Shown piece by piece: positions 26,801-41,800 of a DNA stretch of 64,000 nt. Every line of letters begins with the position of its first letter. Position 1 is the stretch's first letter. The translations under genes were made by a program, and so were the position numbers. The stretch covers positions 6,777,919 through 6,841,918 of the forward strand of contig CM082584.2 of the NCBI GenBank assembly GCA_040954595.2, in the 5' to 3' direction. The notes below the pieces were generated by a model that saw only the letters and a program-made list of their open reading frames with translations, was not told the DNA's origin and ran no database searches. This DNA comes from Balanoglossus misakiensis. Taxonomy: Eukaryota > Animalia > Hemichordata.

Positions 26801-29800
26801 TCGCCCTGACAACTGACCACTTTTTTGGGAGGGGGGGGGAGGGAACAATTTCACATGATCATGCTGTGCATCAATGCCAACATGAGGGGTGTCAGGGCCA
26901 CAGTGATACAATCACATCTAATTTACATATGCCCATATACGGTCAAAAGTCTTCATATGACTAGTTGGGGACTAAATCTCCACTTTCCAAGGTTTAAACA
27001 TGTGGACAGATTTGTAGAGGTGACGATCCTCAGGTGACTGTATACTTTTGAGGTACCATTCGGTGGATTTTCACCAAAGAAAAGTGACTCATCCTTAGTG
27101 AAGGTCATCTGGATCAGAATGATAATTTCAATAATCTTTAACATGTCTTTGAAGGCCAAGAAAGTAACCATATTGGGTCAAAGGTAATGCAGAAATGACC
27201 TACAGACAGAGACAGAGATTATTTCATAATCTGAAAGGTGATGGTGTCTGCCTTAATTAATTGTTCTGTTTTTCACCACAGACAGACATGTATCATTGAC
27301 AGTTGGGGAAATATTACAACTAGGCTTTTTCTTCCTGCAGTGTTAATGACTGATACAGACAGCAAAACTGTTGGTCATTTTCCCAAGGATTCAGGAAAGT
27401 CCCGTTTCCTTAGGCCTGGCTGTAGCCCAAGGTCAGAAACAGTCATGCACTAAAATATGTGAGTTAATAGCTCTTGCAGTGACAGCAAGATTTACTTTTC
27501 TTGATGATAAAGTGATTTCTGCTACTCTTGTTTGTTGGAAGTAAGTTTCTTTGAAGATATATTCCAAGACACAATCTGGAAAGACAAGTACAGTGCGCTT
27601 GGGAATAAAATGCAGGCTTTTTGCTAACTGCTGCACTGTCACAGAAAGTCTTTGCTCATGACGTACCGGTAGAGTCTGTTTTTTTGTAATGATACGAACT
27701 TCCCTCTCTGAATCAGTGAATGGTAAGGTACGTCAAAGTCCCTCGGTACATATGATTGCAACCTGACAACCTCACAGCCAAGTACGTTTCAAGCGCTGTT
27801 TGCACTGCAGTGCCCAATGCAATGGAGATTGCAGCCTGTTAGCCAAACAACCAGGTATCAGTCTGTCTGAAGGACGCACAGTCATCGCAAATAAAGGTAC
27901 AAAGTATATAAAAACCCCAAAAGCATGGTCAGTTTGCAACTGTCATACAAACACACATGCACGCATTGTTGCAGAAGACCGTGGATAGAAAATATGTTGC
28001 TGCAACACTAGGTCCAGACACACAGTCGTTGCAATTTACGACGTAGTGTAATTTATTCCAAGTATACATTTAGAGAGATGCAGCCCATGTATGTATTTGT
28101 CTGAAACTGTAAACATTTCTGTGGCCATCGCAAAAATGCAAACGTACTTTCCTCAGAAGTTGGTCAGTTAGCTGTGCTGAGAATGTGTGCCCGCATCTAA
28201 TCATCAACCACCGGTTCCATAATGAACTCTCAAAGCTTAAATCCGGGGAGAAGGCACCCAGAAAGTAGAACACTGGACTTGAGAGACACAGATCTCGATC
28301 AAAGTACAAAACTCAAATCCTAATTACTGATATAGTTCTGATTTCGTGTCAATGACCCATGGATTTCATCTCCGGGAGCACGCGTCGGTCAGGTGCCTGC
28401 AGATGTGGGTGAGATTTTCCCCAGGCGTGGGTGAGATCGGCAATCGGTCATAAACTGTACGTATCCTCTGTGGACATGCGGACGGGAAGATGTATACATG
28501 TAGGATGTAATTTTGGTCGCCTGTGTGAAATATATGAATCTGGTCCTTTCCAAACTTGTGATAACATACATCATCTTGTAAGTGTGTGAAAGTTATACTG
28601 TCATTTGGGCAAAAAGTTTTAAATCATCTGTAACTTTTAAGGGCAAAGCTGTTAACTGCTTTTTTAAATAAAGCTTGTAAAATGAAACAGCAGCTGGTAA
28701 ATTAGTGGCTAAGTCAGTTTTGAATGATTTTCCAGGATGGAAAATACAGTAAATTCTTCCAGGAATTTTCCCAGATCTTCCAGGAATGATTTCAAATTCA
28801 AATTTTAAGACTTTCCTGGAGTGTGAGATGCCTGTACACTGGCACCGAAAAATGGGCAAGTCTGATGAGTAGTCAAGATCACTTGGCAAAATAACCTGAG
28901 GACTTAGAGTCCCGACTGCTCAAATGCCTCGTGCTTCTGACTTGAGCCAAGCTGGGCAAGGTCTTTATCTACAGTTACACTGCAGTGATATACTGGCTCT
29001 GTGCTAGCTGGAAGGGGCGTATCACTGTATGTAGAAAACAAGACCAGTGAAGCAAGCTCAGGGTCTGTGAGGGAGTCTACCTGTTGTTCAATGTTCACAC
29101 AAGGGTATAAACAGACAATGTGTGATGAAACATCACAGACCATAAACCTGCTGCAATTCTGACATTTTCAAACTGCAGTTCTCTTAATTACCACGAAGTA
29201 AGAGCCACGTTAAAACAAGCAATCTTCCTGTTTTCTCCGTCTAGAATTTGTTGACCGTATGCGTTCCGCTTTTATGTTATGTAACTGACGATTGCCTCAG
29301 GTACAGTGTACCTGGAAAGACATTGTATGTGGATTTAAAAACATCTTCTCAACTACTGAGAAATAGCTTGTTTACAACATTGTGATTCTCAGTAGTGTTT
29401 ACAGAGATGGTGGGGCTATTACATGATACATCAAAACATCTCAGAAAGTTGCTAAGAACACTGATTTCAGTGTCATAGCGTGTACTTTGTGACCCCCATC
29501 GCCACCGACCCACAAGATGTGGGCCTAAACTCAAATTTTGGCCAAATGCCACAATAAATGTACTTCGTCAGGCTGTATATGGTAAAGGCCCCATTGTTCG
29601 ACCTAAGTAGAGATAATTATTATCTGAATTAACAAATTTATGATCACCACATTGCGATATTTTCATTCACAATATTTCCAAATAACCCAGTGCACAAAAG
29701 TGCAACCGCCCGCAGTTTCAGCGGGGAAAAATGATGTTGAAAAAATGCCAAAATCTGACTGCTTCTCAGAGTCTGGACTCCAACGTGCACGTAGACAGTG

Positions 29801-32800
29801 CCATAACTGTTTGTCTTGGTGTCAGCAACAACACAGAACAAGCACAATACTTAGACCATGTTCCACATGTCAACCATCATGATGACTGACATCCAAGTTT
29901 ACAACATTACACATGTACCCTGAGCGGGTTTATGACCAGCCAAGTGTTTGTCGGCCCGCCGGATAACTTGACAGATCCCATCACCGAACGCCATTGTTCT
30001 TTCCGATCACACCACTCAAACACAGACTCATGATTGACAAGGTTGACGTGCACCGAATATGGAATATGATGAAGAACACGACCACAGCTAGTCACACACA
30101 TGTCAAAATGTTGTGAAAAGGGCACAACGAAAGCCACTTGATTGTCAAAGGCACTTGTCCAAATACCAAATTACTGATAAACAATTATGTTACAGATCAA
30201 ACAACTTGACACCAGACAATGCACACAAGATAAAGAATAAAAAGTTATTTTTGCATCAAAGTTTATTTAAACACTGAAACAATGGAAACTTCATAAATCA
30301 TTGTAACCCTTTCAGCAGTTAAACTTGGCTTTTTTACGTGAATTTTTCCAAATCAATTTCTTACGATAGCACTGTTTGGGTCCCAAAAGAACAGAAATTT
30401 TGCAGTACCAAATTTCTGCAGAACAGATAGATTTACATAATATCTGAAAGAAAGCGGAAATATCACATTTTCTTCTTTGAGCTCGATCTACGATGCAGTC
30501 ATGTCAAAGACTGAACACTGAGGGCGCTTGGCTATCGCACGTACAACACTCACAAGTGTCGTTGTACTTTACATCCGGGTTTCCAGCATTGAAGGCCACC
30601 AGTACCATTGTTAATGCTTTTTGTTAAATCGCACGCCTCGACTATTTCATTACATTTTTTTACTTGAATTTCTTCTTAGCAAGAGCGACCAATATCAAGA
30701 CATCTCAAATGTAGTGCATCTTAAAAGATCTTAAAGCTGTAAATTGGGCTATATAATTTTTCAGGGTTTTTTTCTGGTTCCGTGTTTCTACTGCAGTTTC
30801 TTGTTTGAATCTCAGATCCATGATGAAATACCTGGTATTATATTTATCAAAACTGCCTTCGTGTATAAAGTAAGCACTGCTAATACTATTACTGACAATT
30901 AAATTCAATTCCCGACTTGAATACAATTGTCAACAATAACATCAGTTTTCCACACATACATGTATGATGCCACATTCTCCAATTCATAAAAATAGCAAAA
31001 AGTTAAAGTAAATGTCCCTAAAATTGTTGTTCCTCACACGGCATATGTTGATTGTTGTTGAAAAAGTTTGTTACTGTCTTTTTCACAACTTGTTGACAGC
31101 AACTGACACAGATAAACTACGTGTTGAGTATTAACACTTGAGCTACTTTAACAGATAGACATGTTGAGTCACAAACCAACTTTACTCCAGTAAGTCTATC
31201 TTATAATATACCAAGCTGATCTCATTTATATAACAGCTGATGACATATCAAGTCTAGGCGGGAGTGAATATTTGATCAATGGCTGCAAAACATTCCATTA
31301 TAACATCTGTCCAATGTAATTAAGGTCAAAAACACAAGCCAAGCGCAAAAACATCTCAAGTGTTTTTTCTAGTTTGAGCTCGTAAAACTAACCCTTACCT
31401 GTCAATCAATAAATCACCAAATCATTGGGAGGGGAATGTACTTTGATAGAAGAGCTATATGGATATGTGCTGCCCAATTTGGCCCTCTGTTCATGCAAGA
31501 TTTACCTCGACATGGATAGGAATTTCGAGTCACTGGCTTAGGAGGGGGACGTGTTCAACCCGGTGTTCCTTTAGATTTAGATTTAGAAAAGGCATTCATC
31601 CCATTCAATTCACTTTTGTCTGCTGTATCAAAAACACTGGCCTATATTTTTCTTTTTTTCAAAAATGCCCCTCCCCTCGGCAAAGAAAATGTAAAAAGCA
31701 GGAAACTTAATATTTTTTTTCTATTGATTGCTCACCATAGTTTGTTTTGCTGCACGTGAATCAAATTTATATTATGTAGTACTGCAGCTTTCTCACAAAC
31801 AGATCCCAGCTATTAAGAATGACGTACGTCTTGTTTTGGTCACACGCGACTGAACTTCAGAGAAATCAACACTGGGCTATAAAGTAATAGCATTGTATTC
31901 AAATTGAAGTCCTACGCAAAGGCTCTCCAATATATGATGATCCAGCTCTGACAGATGGATTTCTGCTTGGTGAATGCTGGAGGTTGTTTTTTGTATTTCA
32001 GGGACGGTCGGGAAATTCCAGCGGGAGAGGGCAGTCAAAATCACAGGAATGGGCAAGAGAATAAACACGGACAAAAAAGTGTTTCTAAAATTCTCAAAAC
32101 AAAACAAAACACAAAATTCTAGGGGATATGAATTCGTATAGATTAGACACACCGGACTTTGAGTGCAGTGAACATTTGCAAAGAGGAATGGCAAAGATAG
32201 AATTTTAGATTTCTTCTTTTTCTATGTGATGAACTGTTCTTATACTTTCTATTATCACAATTATTAATCTTTAAATATACCATTCATCCTCCCATCCCCC
32301 CTTTATTTCCCTCTTGACATGGATCCAACCATTTTTAGAAGGTAACACACTCAAACCAAGTTGTGCTGTTGAAAAAGGCTAAAATGCAACACTATATAAA
32401 CCAACACTTGAACATTTATCCCGACCCTTGCAATCTGATCTCCCCTCCCTCAAGTTATCGGTGAACACCATTTGACCTGTTTTTGTACATTGCATATTAA
32501 AACCTTACACAAGATGACATAACCTTGAGAATGAATAATGATGTCATTTCTATGAGGGGGGGGGGGGTCAAATGAGGATAATTATGTTAGAAACTGACCG
32601 ATCTGAATGGAAAACCTTGTTTGCTGCCCCCTTTTGCCGATCAACAATCTGGGGTACCTGTTTATCTATCCATCAACCACTCCTCGGTTTGCAAACAAAC
32701 AGCCCTCTCCGTTACCGCAGCAGAGGGCAAGGTTACCCACGCTGACACTTCAGTCAGCCATATTTTTGTTCACGTATTACTGTTCTACATACAGGGACAC

Positions 32801-35800
32801 ACTGCACTGGCTGGCATCGGAGCATATTGATGTGAAATTTAAATATGTTTTCGCGAAATTACAACCCTTGGGCCACATTTGAAATGTTTTACTAGGATTC
32901 AATGTCAAATTTACAAACTTTCCTGAAATCGTAACTTCTCTTCTGCCAATGAAAAGTGGGCTTGAAAAACTTTTATACAAACATGAAATTGAAAATCCCC
33001 CTACGCCAGGTTCAAACGAGCTTGAAATGTATGCGTGGGGGAAATGCAGTACGATTTTGAGGGCTATAGGGTTGTTACGGGACTGAATTAAACTGAAATA
33101 AAGAATTCATAGCGTCAATGATCTTTGAGTAATGTCACAGAAATAATGCTTTCTTTGTTCTGCAGGTGAACTTTTCGCCCCAGGGGTAAAAGCGAATTAA
33201 TACACTACCTTGCAGTAAACATGACCAGCAAATAAGTTTAAGAATTTTTATAAGGGTAACCTCTACCCCTGTCTACCCCCAACCACCCAAGCTGTAACAA
33301 ACAGGATTCCTACCCTTATTTGCTGACAATGCACTGTTTGTCGTGAAGATATATTTTCTACACTGATAACATAGAAAAAACTGGCTCTTTGGAAATGTTC
33401 CAAGTTAAGCACAACGGTGTTATATACGTCTGTCAAAAAATGTCAGCGAAATCTTCGGAAATCATTTTTTTCAGTGTGAAAGAAATCATGTTGTACACTG
33501 TGCATTGGTGTTCCAGAGAAAATGATTTAAGCACGCGGGCTTTGACAGAAGGTGAGTCATTTGTGTACATGTATATTCTCATTGTTTCACCGATGATGTC
33601 AGCAGTCACCTTGGACTCGGTTGGTTAGCTGAAAAATATGTGAGCAACTAAAAAAAATGTTCAGAAAAGATAAAGAGGTTTTTGTCCAACCAAAAATAAA
33701 CAGTTGAAGAAAAAATAACATGATAAGAGATGTTTTTCAAACCAAAAATAAAATACCGGTACAACTTTGAGCTTTTTTTATCAGGTACTTAACATACTGC
33801 ATCGGAGAATCAAGTGTATGTTAATCTGTCACCTGCCATCATTGTCAAAACAGCTGGAAGAACCACCTGGTTATAAAAGTATGTGTAGATTAAGACCCCC
33901 TGGTCATACATATGTGAACACACACAAAAATAGCCGGCAATTTCATATAAACCCTGTGCGAATGAAGACTATGGCTGTTGTGCTGATTTTGAAAAACAGC
34001 CAAGTCAGCATTTTTTTTACTTCACTTGTTCCTCGACGACCAAAACTACATGAAGCAAGTGTTACAGGGTACACTATACAACCACAGACAAGCATCTGGT
34101 TTTTATACATATATGCAAGGGTTAGGCCATGACTGGACATTTTCCAAGTTTCTCCGTAAAGACAGACAGAGCAGGAGATAAAAAGCAGACACTGATTATG
34201 TTTCAGGCCCAGGAGGGTACAGGGTTCTGTCTGGTTTGTGCTACAAACTGGACATTTTCCAATTAAATTCAGAAAGGGCAGATAGTTCCGGATGTACAAT
34301 TGACAGCGCTGAATATTATGGTGCAAATGAAGCAACATTTCAGAGTTATTCACAAAATCAGCCATGAATGAATAGAGGACCCCACGCATGGTGTACCGGG
34401 GGAGTCATTAGTCTTTCCCCATTGACAGAATTTATACCCTCCTCATAAACCACAAAGCTGAAGCTGGGCTGATTAAAGGTGAATTTCATAAATGTTGGGG
34501 CAAAGTATTGTCACGAGTAAAGCAATAATAAACCTTATTGGAGCAAACAAATGACACGCAAACTTTACCTGAGAATGGATTTCTTGAATTGCTCCTTCTC
34601 TGCCTTGGACGCCCGTGGCGACGGGAATTCCGGGATTGAGAGCAGCTCCTCCAGCCATTTGCACAGGTTCGGGAAGCAGTGCTTGTTGAGCGACATCAGA
34701 ATGTCCGACATGTGGTCCATCAGTTGCCGTGGTGATGCCCCGCCAATTGCCTACACAAAGAACAGAACAAATTTTCAGATTTTCTTTCCAAATGAGATTT
34801 AAGGTATTCTTTGATGGTGGCAATGTTGCTTTACACTGTTTCTGTTCATTCTTTCATTTTTCACATTTTTCAAGAAATGAGAGTTGGTTGAATTTCCACA
34901 CTGGTAAAAAATAATCATATAATAGGACATAGAATGTCCTCTTTCTTGTATTTTTATTTTATCTGTATTAATTCCAAGGACACTGTCCCAAAAGATAAAG
35001 AAATCAGAGCATGGGACAGCTGAGTTAATACACCAATGTCATTGTGACATTTACTGTCAGATAATTCCAACTAGCCTAGGAGGGTCGGCTTAACCTTCGC
35101 TCTCAAAAATCTCCTAAGCTAGTGATGATAACCAAAATGTACATATGCGGAGTATTCTTGCATAGTTAACATTTTACTTTGCATAATTGACCTATATGGG
35201 GGCACCAGCAAACTTTGCCCCAATTTAGGGTTGGCGTACGTGTAGGGTGCGGGAGGGGGTTGTAAGTGCAAATCAAAAGTGCACTGGCAGTGACACTTTG
35301 AACCACTGAACTGCAGCTGACTGTGACACAATCGGTGTTGTTTGAAACTCTGAGTCAATAGGAACGATCGACGTAAACTTGTTTCCAGAGTTTCCGAAAT
35401 GAAAATAAATTGGCCTTGAAACGCGTAATGACAGATAATCCTAATTTAATAACACTACAGGAAGTGATTTTTCCCCCGCTGATATGAAAGGAAATGACGG
35501 TTGCACACAAAACCGACATGAACCTATAGAGTTGGCAGTGCAGTGCACTATTCCGCACACACAGAGCTCAGTCCCCACACAAATTTCAATCCTGTCTTTC
35601 TCTGCGTACAGAATGTTCATGTTCTCTTTATTAGACAACAGCACTGGATGAGAATGCTGCAAATATAATGCTGGTTGGAAAGCATTAAATACCGGCACTA
35701 TACACCCTAGAGAAGTTGATTGTCAGATACTCCGTTTTTTTTTTTTTTTTGAATGTGGATGAATATTGCTTATTCATCATGACTCCATCCTTTGTTCCTG

Positions 35801-38800
35801 TGTATGATGTCAGCTGCCGACCGAGGAGAAAGTTTCAAAACGTCGCATGGCGCTCATGTCTTTATTTATAGCAACTTTAAATCATTTTTGACATTTCTCT
35901 GGTCAAAGTAATGTTCCTCAAAGACGGACAACATAATGAGCACACACACACAACAAAGAGCTACCCTCTCAAAAACTGAAACTTTGCCCATAAGGATGTG
36001 ACACAAATTTTCCTATAAATACGAACATCAAGTACAATAAACCGTTGATTATCCAAATGTCAATTACCTCCCCATTTTCCTGACTTTTCACGGCTGTAGA
36101 AACTATTATTGAAATCACCTCACAAAGTGGACACCTCCACAACACTTGTCATTGGACTGTTTTTATTTATTTTCTGGCCGAGTTTTATTCCACAAACAAG
36201 TTTCTCTTTAAATGTGACTTATGCAATTCCTTTTCTTATTAACGCAAAGGGAAAGTGGGTCAAGAGGGTTTCTATGACATCACAGAAACATAAACAGACA
36301 TAATTAGCAACAATACACTCATCCATCATGCCCGAGTGACACCTCCACACGCCATATATGGACGATTATTAATATCTGACCCTCCTCCGGGGATCAATAC
36401 TGGACTGTCCCCACCCGGCCATAAATATCAAATAACAATGGTGGCAGGCGATTTGAGTTGACATTCACAGATCACACTTCGGAGGCATGCCGCTTGTTTA
36501 CCACGTCTCTGAGTGGTCGACCAAGAACAATGTCAGAAAGCCAGGGACCAGCGCTAATAATAAAGAATTTGCGACCCCCCCCCCCCCCCCTTCCCATTTT
36601 ACCCAGCATGCAATGCAAAACTATTTGAGCCACAAGGGTTTGAGTTTCCTCTGCTGTTTCTGAACACATTATGCCAAACGACTTGCTGGACAAAATCTTT
36701 CAATTTCAGTGGTCTCAAGATATATTAACTTACATTAGTTAGGAGGTAGGCCTTCTCACTTATCGGTGAAATGAATTAAAACATAATGTTGAAAATCTGG
36801 GTGACATTCATGTCAAAGACAAAAGTTAGCTGCTTTCCCTGAACAGTTTTAGATGACATCAATGAAACTGAGAAGCATAGTCTCATTTTGTTTTTACCTT
36901 CAACAAAATATTTATAGCAGGATCCTCCAGTATCCTGCCTTTGTTCATTTGTTCCCCCCCCCCCCCCATGTTTCAACCACCCCTGGCTGATTTTCAGGCA
37001 GTTCTGCACAGCGCCATCAAGAGTTCACCCCAACACCATGCTGTGACATCACAGAAATCCCCTCCCGATATCGAATAGTACACCTCCGACACAATGGCAC
37101 TGACATCCCAGGACCTCGCAAAAAAATGGGGTCAGCCAATCGCAAAAAAACAAGTTGTTTGTCACAGAGCAGTCGCTACCCACAATGCAACAGTGACACA
37201 CATCAACCAGCGTAAATCACAGTTTTTTGATTGAAGCATGACAGGCGCTTGTGAACTCTGACACTGTATTATGTAAATAACTCGGGCGATCATGCCATTT
37301 TTGTTGACACACAGCTGCATATTGATAAACAGTTTATTGACAATGCTCTCTCCCCCCCTCCCCCCCCCCCCCCCATTGCACCACAAACACGAAATCTGAC
37401 TTTTTTTTGTCTCCGGGGTTCAACCTCGTTTCAATCGACGCACACTTCAGTTTCCAGAAACGTTGGAACCGCATCAAAACCATGGCAACAAAGCTCACTG
37501 TCCATCACTCTTTCAATAGATAGTTCTCCCTGCAAAACTTTTTTCAACTTTTTTTCCCCGCTATTAAAGCTCGATAGAAACATGTGATGATTAAAATTTG
37601 TGGTGTCTGATACGAGAAGTGATCGGGGGAGGAGCTAACTTCTCCCTTCACGTAACTTTGCCTTCACGTTCAGAAGTACTTGAAGTTCTCAGGCAACAGA
37701 TTTGTGCTGAATTCAGAATACCTTCACAGCGTGATTGACAACTATAGGAAGCCATTGTTGCCACAGAAAATAAGTAGGTCACTCTACGTGCAGAGGTTGA
37801 TCCGATCAACCGAATCAGAGTTGCACTTTTGCACCGTCTCCACACAGGACTTTTAAGTTCAAATCTCTATTAAACTTAAACACACTTCTCACACGTCACG
37901 TGATTTTGTTTATGATAATAAGGTTCTAAACATTGCTTTGACATTAGTTTCAGTGCAAGAAGTTAATGAGAGAGCCCTGGAAATACTTGAGTTTGTAATG
38001 ATAAGTAGCGTTCTATAGAAGAAGTGATGCCACAGTAGTTTATTGTGTTATCAGTGTATTTTATCATCAGCAGTTTTTAATACTATTTATTTTTCGTTGA
38101 CTTAGTTTGTCAAGTGATGCTGATTGAGGTTGCCAGTGTGCATGGAAAAACGTGACAAATTTTCTATGTAATTAAAATTAGAAGAGCTGTCATTAGAAAA
38201 TTTTTGATGTGTGTGAAATAAAAAAAATCGTCTATGTAAAAATTTATTAAATGGGCCTGTGGAGAATATGTATCGCTCAAAAAAAATTGCAAATAAACTG
38301 ATGTTCTCACCTTCAGCAAAATGTCCAGTAAATTACGTCCATACTCTGTTAAAATCTGAGCCAATATTGGAAACTTTACTGATTGATTGATAAATTCGCA
38401 CTAGAAGCAAAAGAAATCAAATATGTTATTGACACTGCCACACAGTGAATAAATTTGCATGCACGTATTTTGCGTTTGTAGAATATGAGAGAAAAAATCT
38501 CGCCAAAATGAATAAATGGTAAACACCGATTATTCATTTTGGCAAGTTTTTTCACTCTCCTGTCTACAAGCGGAATGGAAGATGTGTGTGGTTTAACTTT
38601 GATTCACTATATATCCACATGTACATTAACATAAACGGTGTCCTGTATCAAACATAATTAATGGAAAAAGGGCAGCAAGAGAGAGACTTTGTCCCTTTAA
38701 GCTAAATCTCTTTAGTGCAATACTTACAAAGAAGTAGGCAGTGGATTTGACGGTGGGTGGTTCCGGCAGCATGATTGAAACCAGACCGATCTGATAGATG

Positions 38801-41800
38801 GAGAGTGGGTTGCATTCTGAATTCACCACAATGTGCGGGTATTTCTTCAGCAGCTGTGGGGCAACATAAAAAATATAGTTGCTTCCAACTTTACTATCTA
38901 TATGTAGTATCGTTGTTTTGTTTTGTTTTATTTCCGGTGCATCAGGTCAATAACAGACTTCATAACACAGGGTTACTGTACAAAGAACAGTTAATAGAGA
39001 AATTTTCTTTAACTCTGACATTTGTGCTCTGTGGTGACTTTGCACCGAGCAAATTGCACTGCAATTGTGCATTCTGTACAAATCTCCCAGGTCAAAGTTC
39101 AAAGAGCGGGTTGAAGTGACAATCATGTGTGACAACACTGGAGGGCTCTCGTTGCATTTCTAGTGATTTCTGAATGTACCCTACTACTTTGGACTTTGTG
39201 CTAAACTTTATCAAGTAGTGGCATTAATGCCTATGACTATGAACGAGTCTCAGCCTTTCTTAACAATTATTTTAGTTTTATTTTGGCCAGATTACCTGGT
39301 GTTCTGATAGCAAGTTTCCAGTGACACTATACTGGATGGGAAAACGAAATAAACATAAATCTTTGTGAAAACTAAAATGTATGAACTGCACAAGTTCCGC
39401 TCTGAGCAGTTGAGGAAATAAAAACAAAAGGACACATGTATATTAACTATGCTGGCAGACTGTATGTTACCCAAGTTTGCAAAACAAATAGACATTTTAT
39501 GAGTCTGCTTTACCTGAGCTGTCAGTGCCATAAAACTCTCTATAACATCTGTCTGGTCTTGAATTCCTATTTAAAAAATAGCACAAAAAACACAACATGT
39601 AATCTTTATTTAACCTAGGGTAGACCACTATAAGAACTTACATGTACATTGAAAAATTTGCTATGGCCACAGTTCTTGGAGAAAATATCAATAATAAGGA
39701 ACAACATTTCTAACTTTTCCCATTTGCAAAGGTGTTTGTACAACACAGTAACAGCACACTCATTGAAGATAACTTTCTTTTTTTATGAAAGTCTGAAGTT
39801 TTATCACTTTCTTCTTGAAAAGTGTAAATATGGTATCATTATACAGTGTATACGTGTACAGTTACTGCACTATGCTATTTATTTTTTCAATTTGTCTGAT
39901 AAAAGTTTAAGAAATAAAATTTCAAGTGTCTCACCTACTGTCTGGAAGAGACTGAGTGTCTTGGCTGTCAGTTGAACATACAGACTTTTCACTGCTGGTT
40001 GGTAAGTTTCATTGTCGCTGAATAAAATAATTAACTGGAGGGTAAAGGGTACAAAAATGTAAAGGACAATTATTAGAATTTGTCAACTTAGAGGTTTTTT
40101 CATTACATCCGAAATTCATAAATGCAAGACTCAACTACAAATGATTCATTTTTTACTACATTGATCATTTTCATAGGAAGTCAGCACTTTCCGATTGGAT
40201 GAAATTTACAGCATACCAGAGAGAACCAGTCAAAACTGGTTCAATCCAGTTTAGCTTGCGGATACTCACAGACTTGGCCAAGTCTAATATTGCTGGCTGT
40301 GGAACGAGTGAGTATATCTGGATCATGATTTCTGTGAGTTGGGGCACAAGAGGTGCTATGTCAACAAGCAAGGTCCTTTGTGCTCTTTTCAACAATTCAC
40401 AGACGCCCTGAAAGAAGAAAGCAATATACAAAGTCACAAACCAGAAAAGACTTTCTCTACAGTACATGAACTGGTACAATATGACCAGAGACAGTTGAAT
40501 ATTTCATACACTACAAAACACTTGGATTTGTTGCAAAACTACACATATTGTTTAAAGGGTACATTCTAATAAATGGGCAAGTTAGTTTTGTTTAATTCCT
40601 TGTGTGAGTTTCTCAAGCTCTACCTATGTAGAGTTCCAAAACTACACAAACCAAGGACTCGTAACTGGACGTGGGCCACCAATGAGGACGCTGTCCCTCA
40701 CTAACCTCAACAAGCCCAGCGTCTGACATCCATTGCATCATGATCTTCTGAATGATCGGGAACACCTGCTGTAGGATCAGCAACACGGGCTGTGTTTCGA
40801 CGACCTGCGAGGGCGCTTTCTTGGTCTCCGCGTCCTCCTCGTCGACGGCGTCCTGCCTCTTGTAGTCCAGAGTGGCACACAGCATCGCCAGCATGTGGAT
40901 TCTCATCTGTATGCCGGCTTTCGTGTTGGCAGACGGCTGGCAAAGAGGATGGAAATCAAATGAGATACATGCATGTTTTGAAAGAGAGCTTAAAGGCAAC
41001 AGATCGTCTCACGCGCATGCGCGTAGCTTCCATTCAAATAGTGGCCTGCCTTCGCTTCCTTCCATTTTTTTATGCGCACCATATACCCGGTAAGTAGATT
41101 CTGGTTTTGTCCCTCCTTTTCACCCAAGCTGGTGTCTTTTCACGATCTCCGACACAGATTATGGTCGCCGCCATCTGCTCTGTTGTTAGGACAGACCACT
41201 GCCTTATGGGATTGGCTGTTCACTAAACGTCTGTAACCAGCGGCTACAGCTGGAACATGCATGTGAGACGAGCTAGGCGCTTTAAGAGTGAAATAAAGTT
41301 ATCCAAACCCCTGTTTTTTTGTTCTACTTCCTATAACAAAACCTTTCACTGTTCTCTTCATCAAAATAGCCCAAATCATAATATGTAAGGACCCTTGCTA
41401 TTACTGACCAATGAACTCTAGTCCAGACAACAAGAAAACTGCCTACACGCATAACGGCTGTGTTTGTGAGCTACAGTAAATACTGGGCTTTTCATCACGC
41501 TATACAGATTTGAACAAGAAACTGCAGTTGATACAGAAAAACAAAAAAATACATACCAAACGGTTCAGTCAAACATTCTAACACAGTTATAGCACTGGTG
41601 GATTACTGGGTCATCCTCTCAGAATTAAACCGCACAGCCCTGGCACATCAATTATAATCATCAAAATAATTGCATAAAGATGATACTGGCATTGAGACAT
41701 CTAAATCTGGAGAGCAACATCATTAGAAATCTTACCGGTTCATTGGCCAGTGTTTGTAGCTGTTCAACCTGGGGTCCAATCAAAACTTGTAGATAGTTCA

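Noticed and set aside
28896-29147. ORF in frame with the penultimate IPO13 exon (possible alternative C-terminus [10 protein letters not shown]...)
   Set aside because: Weak acceptor without a polypyrimidine tract, no similarity to importin HEAT repeats, and an 80-codon ORF is expected by chance in a 10-kb intron.
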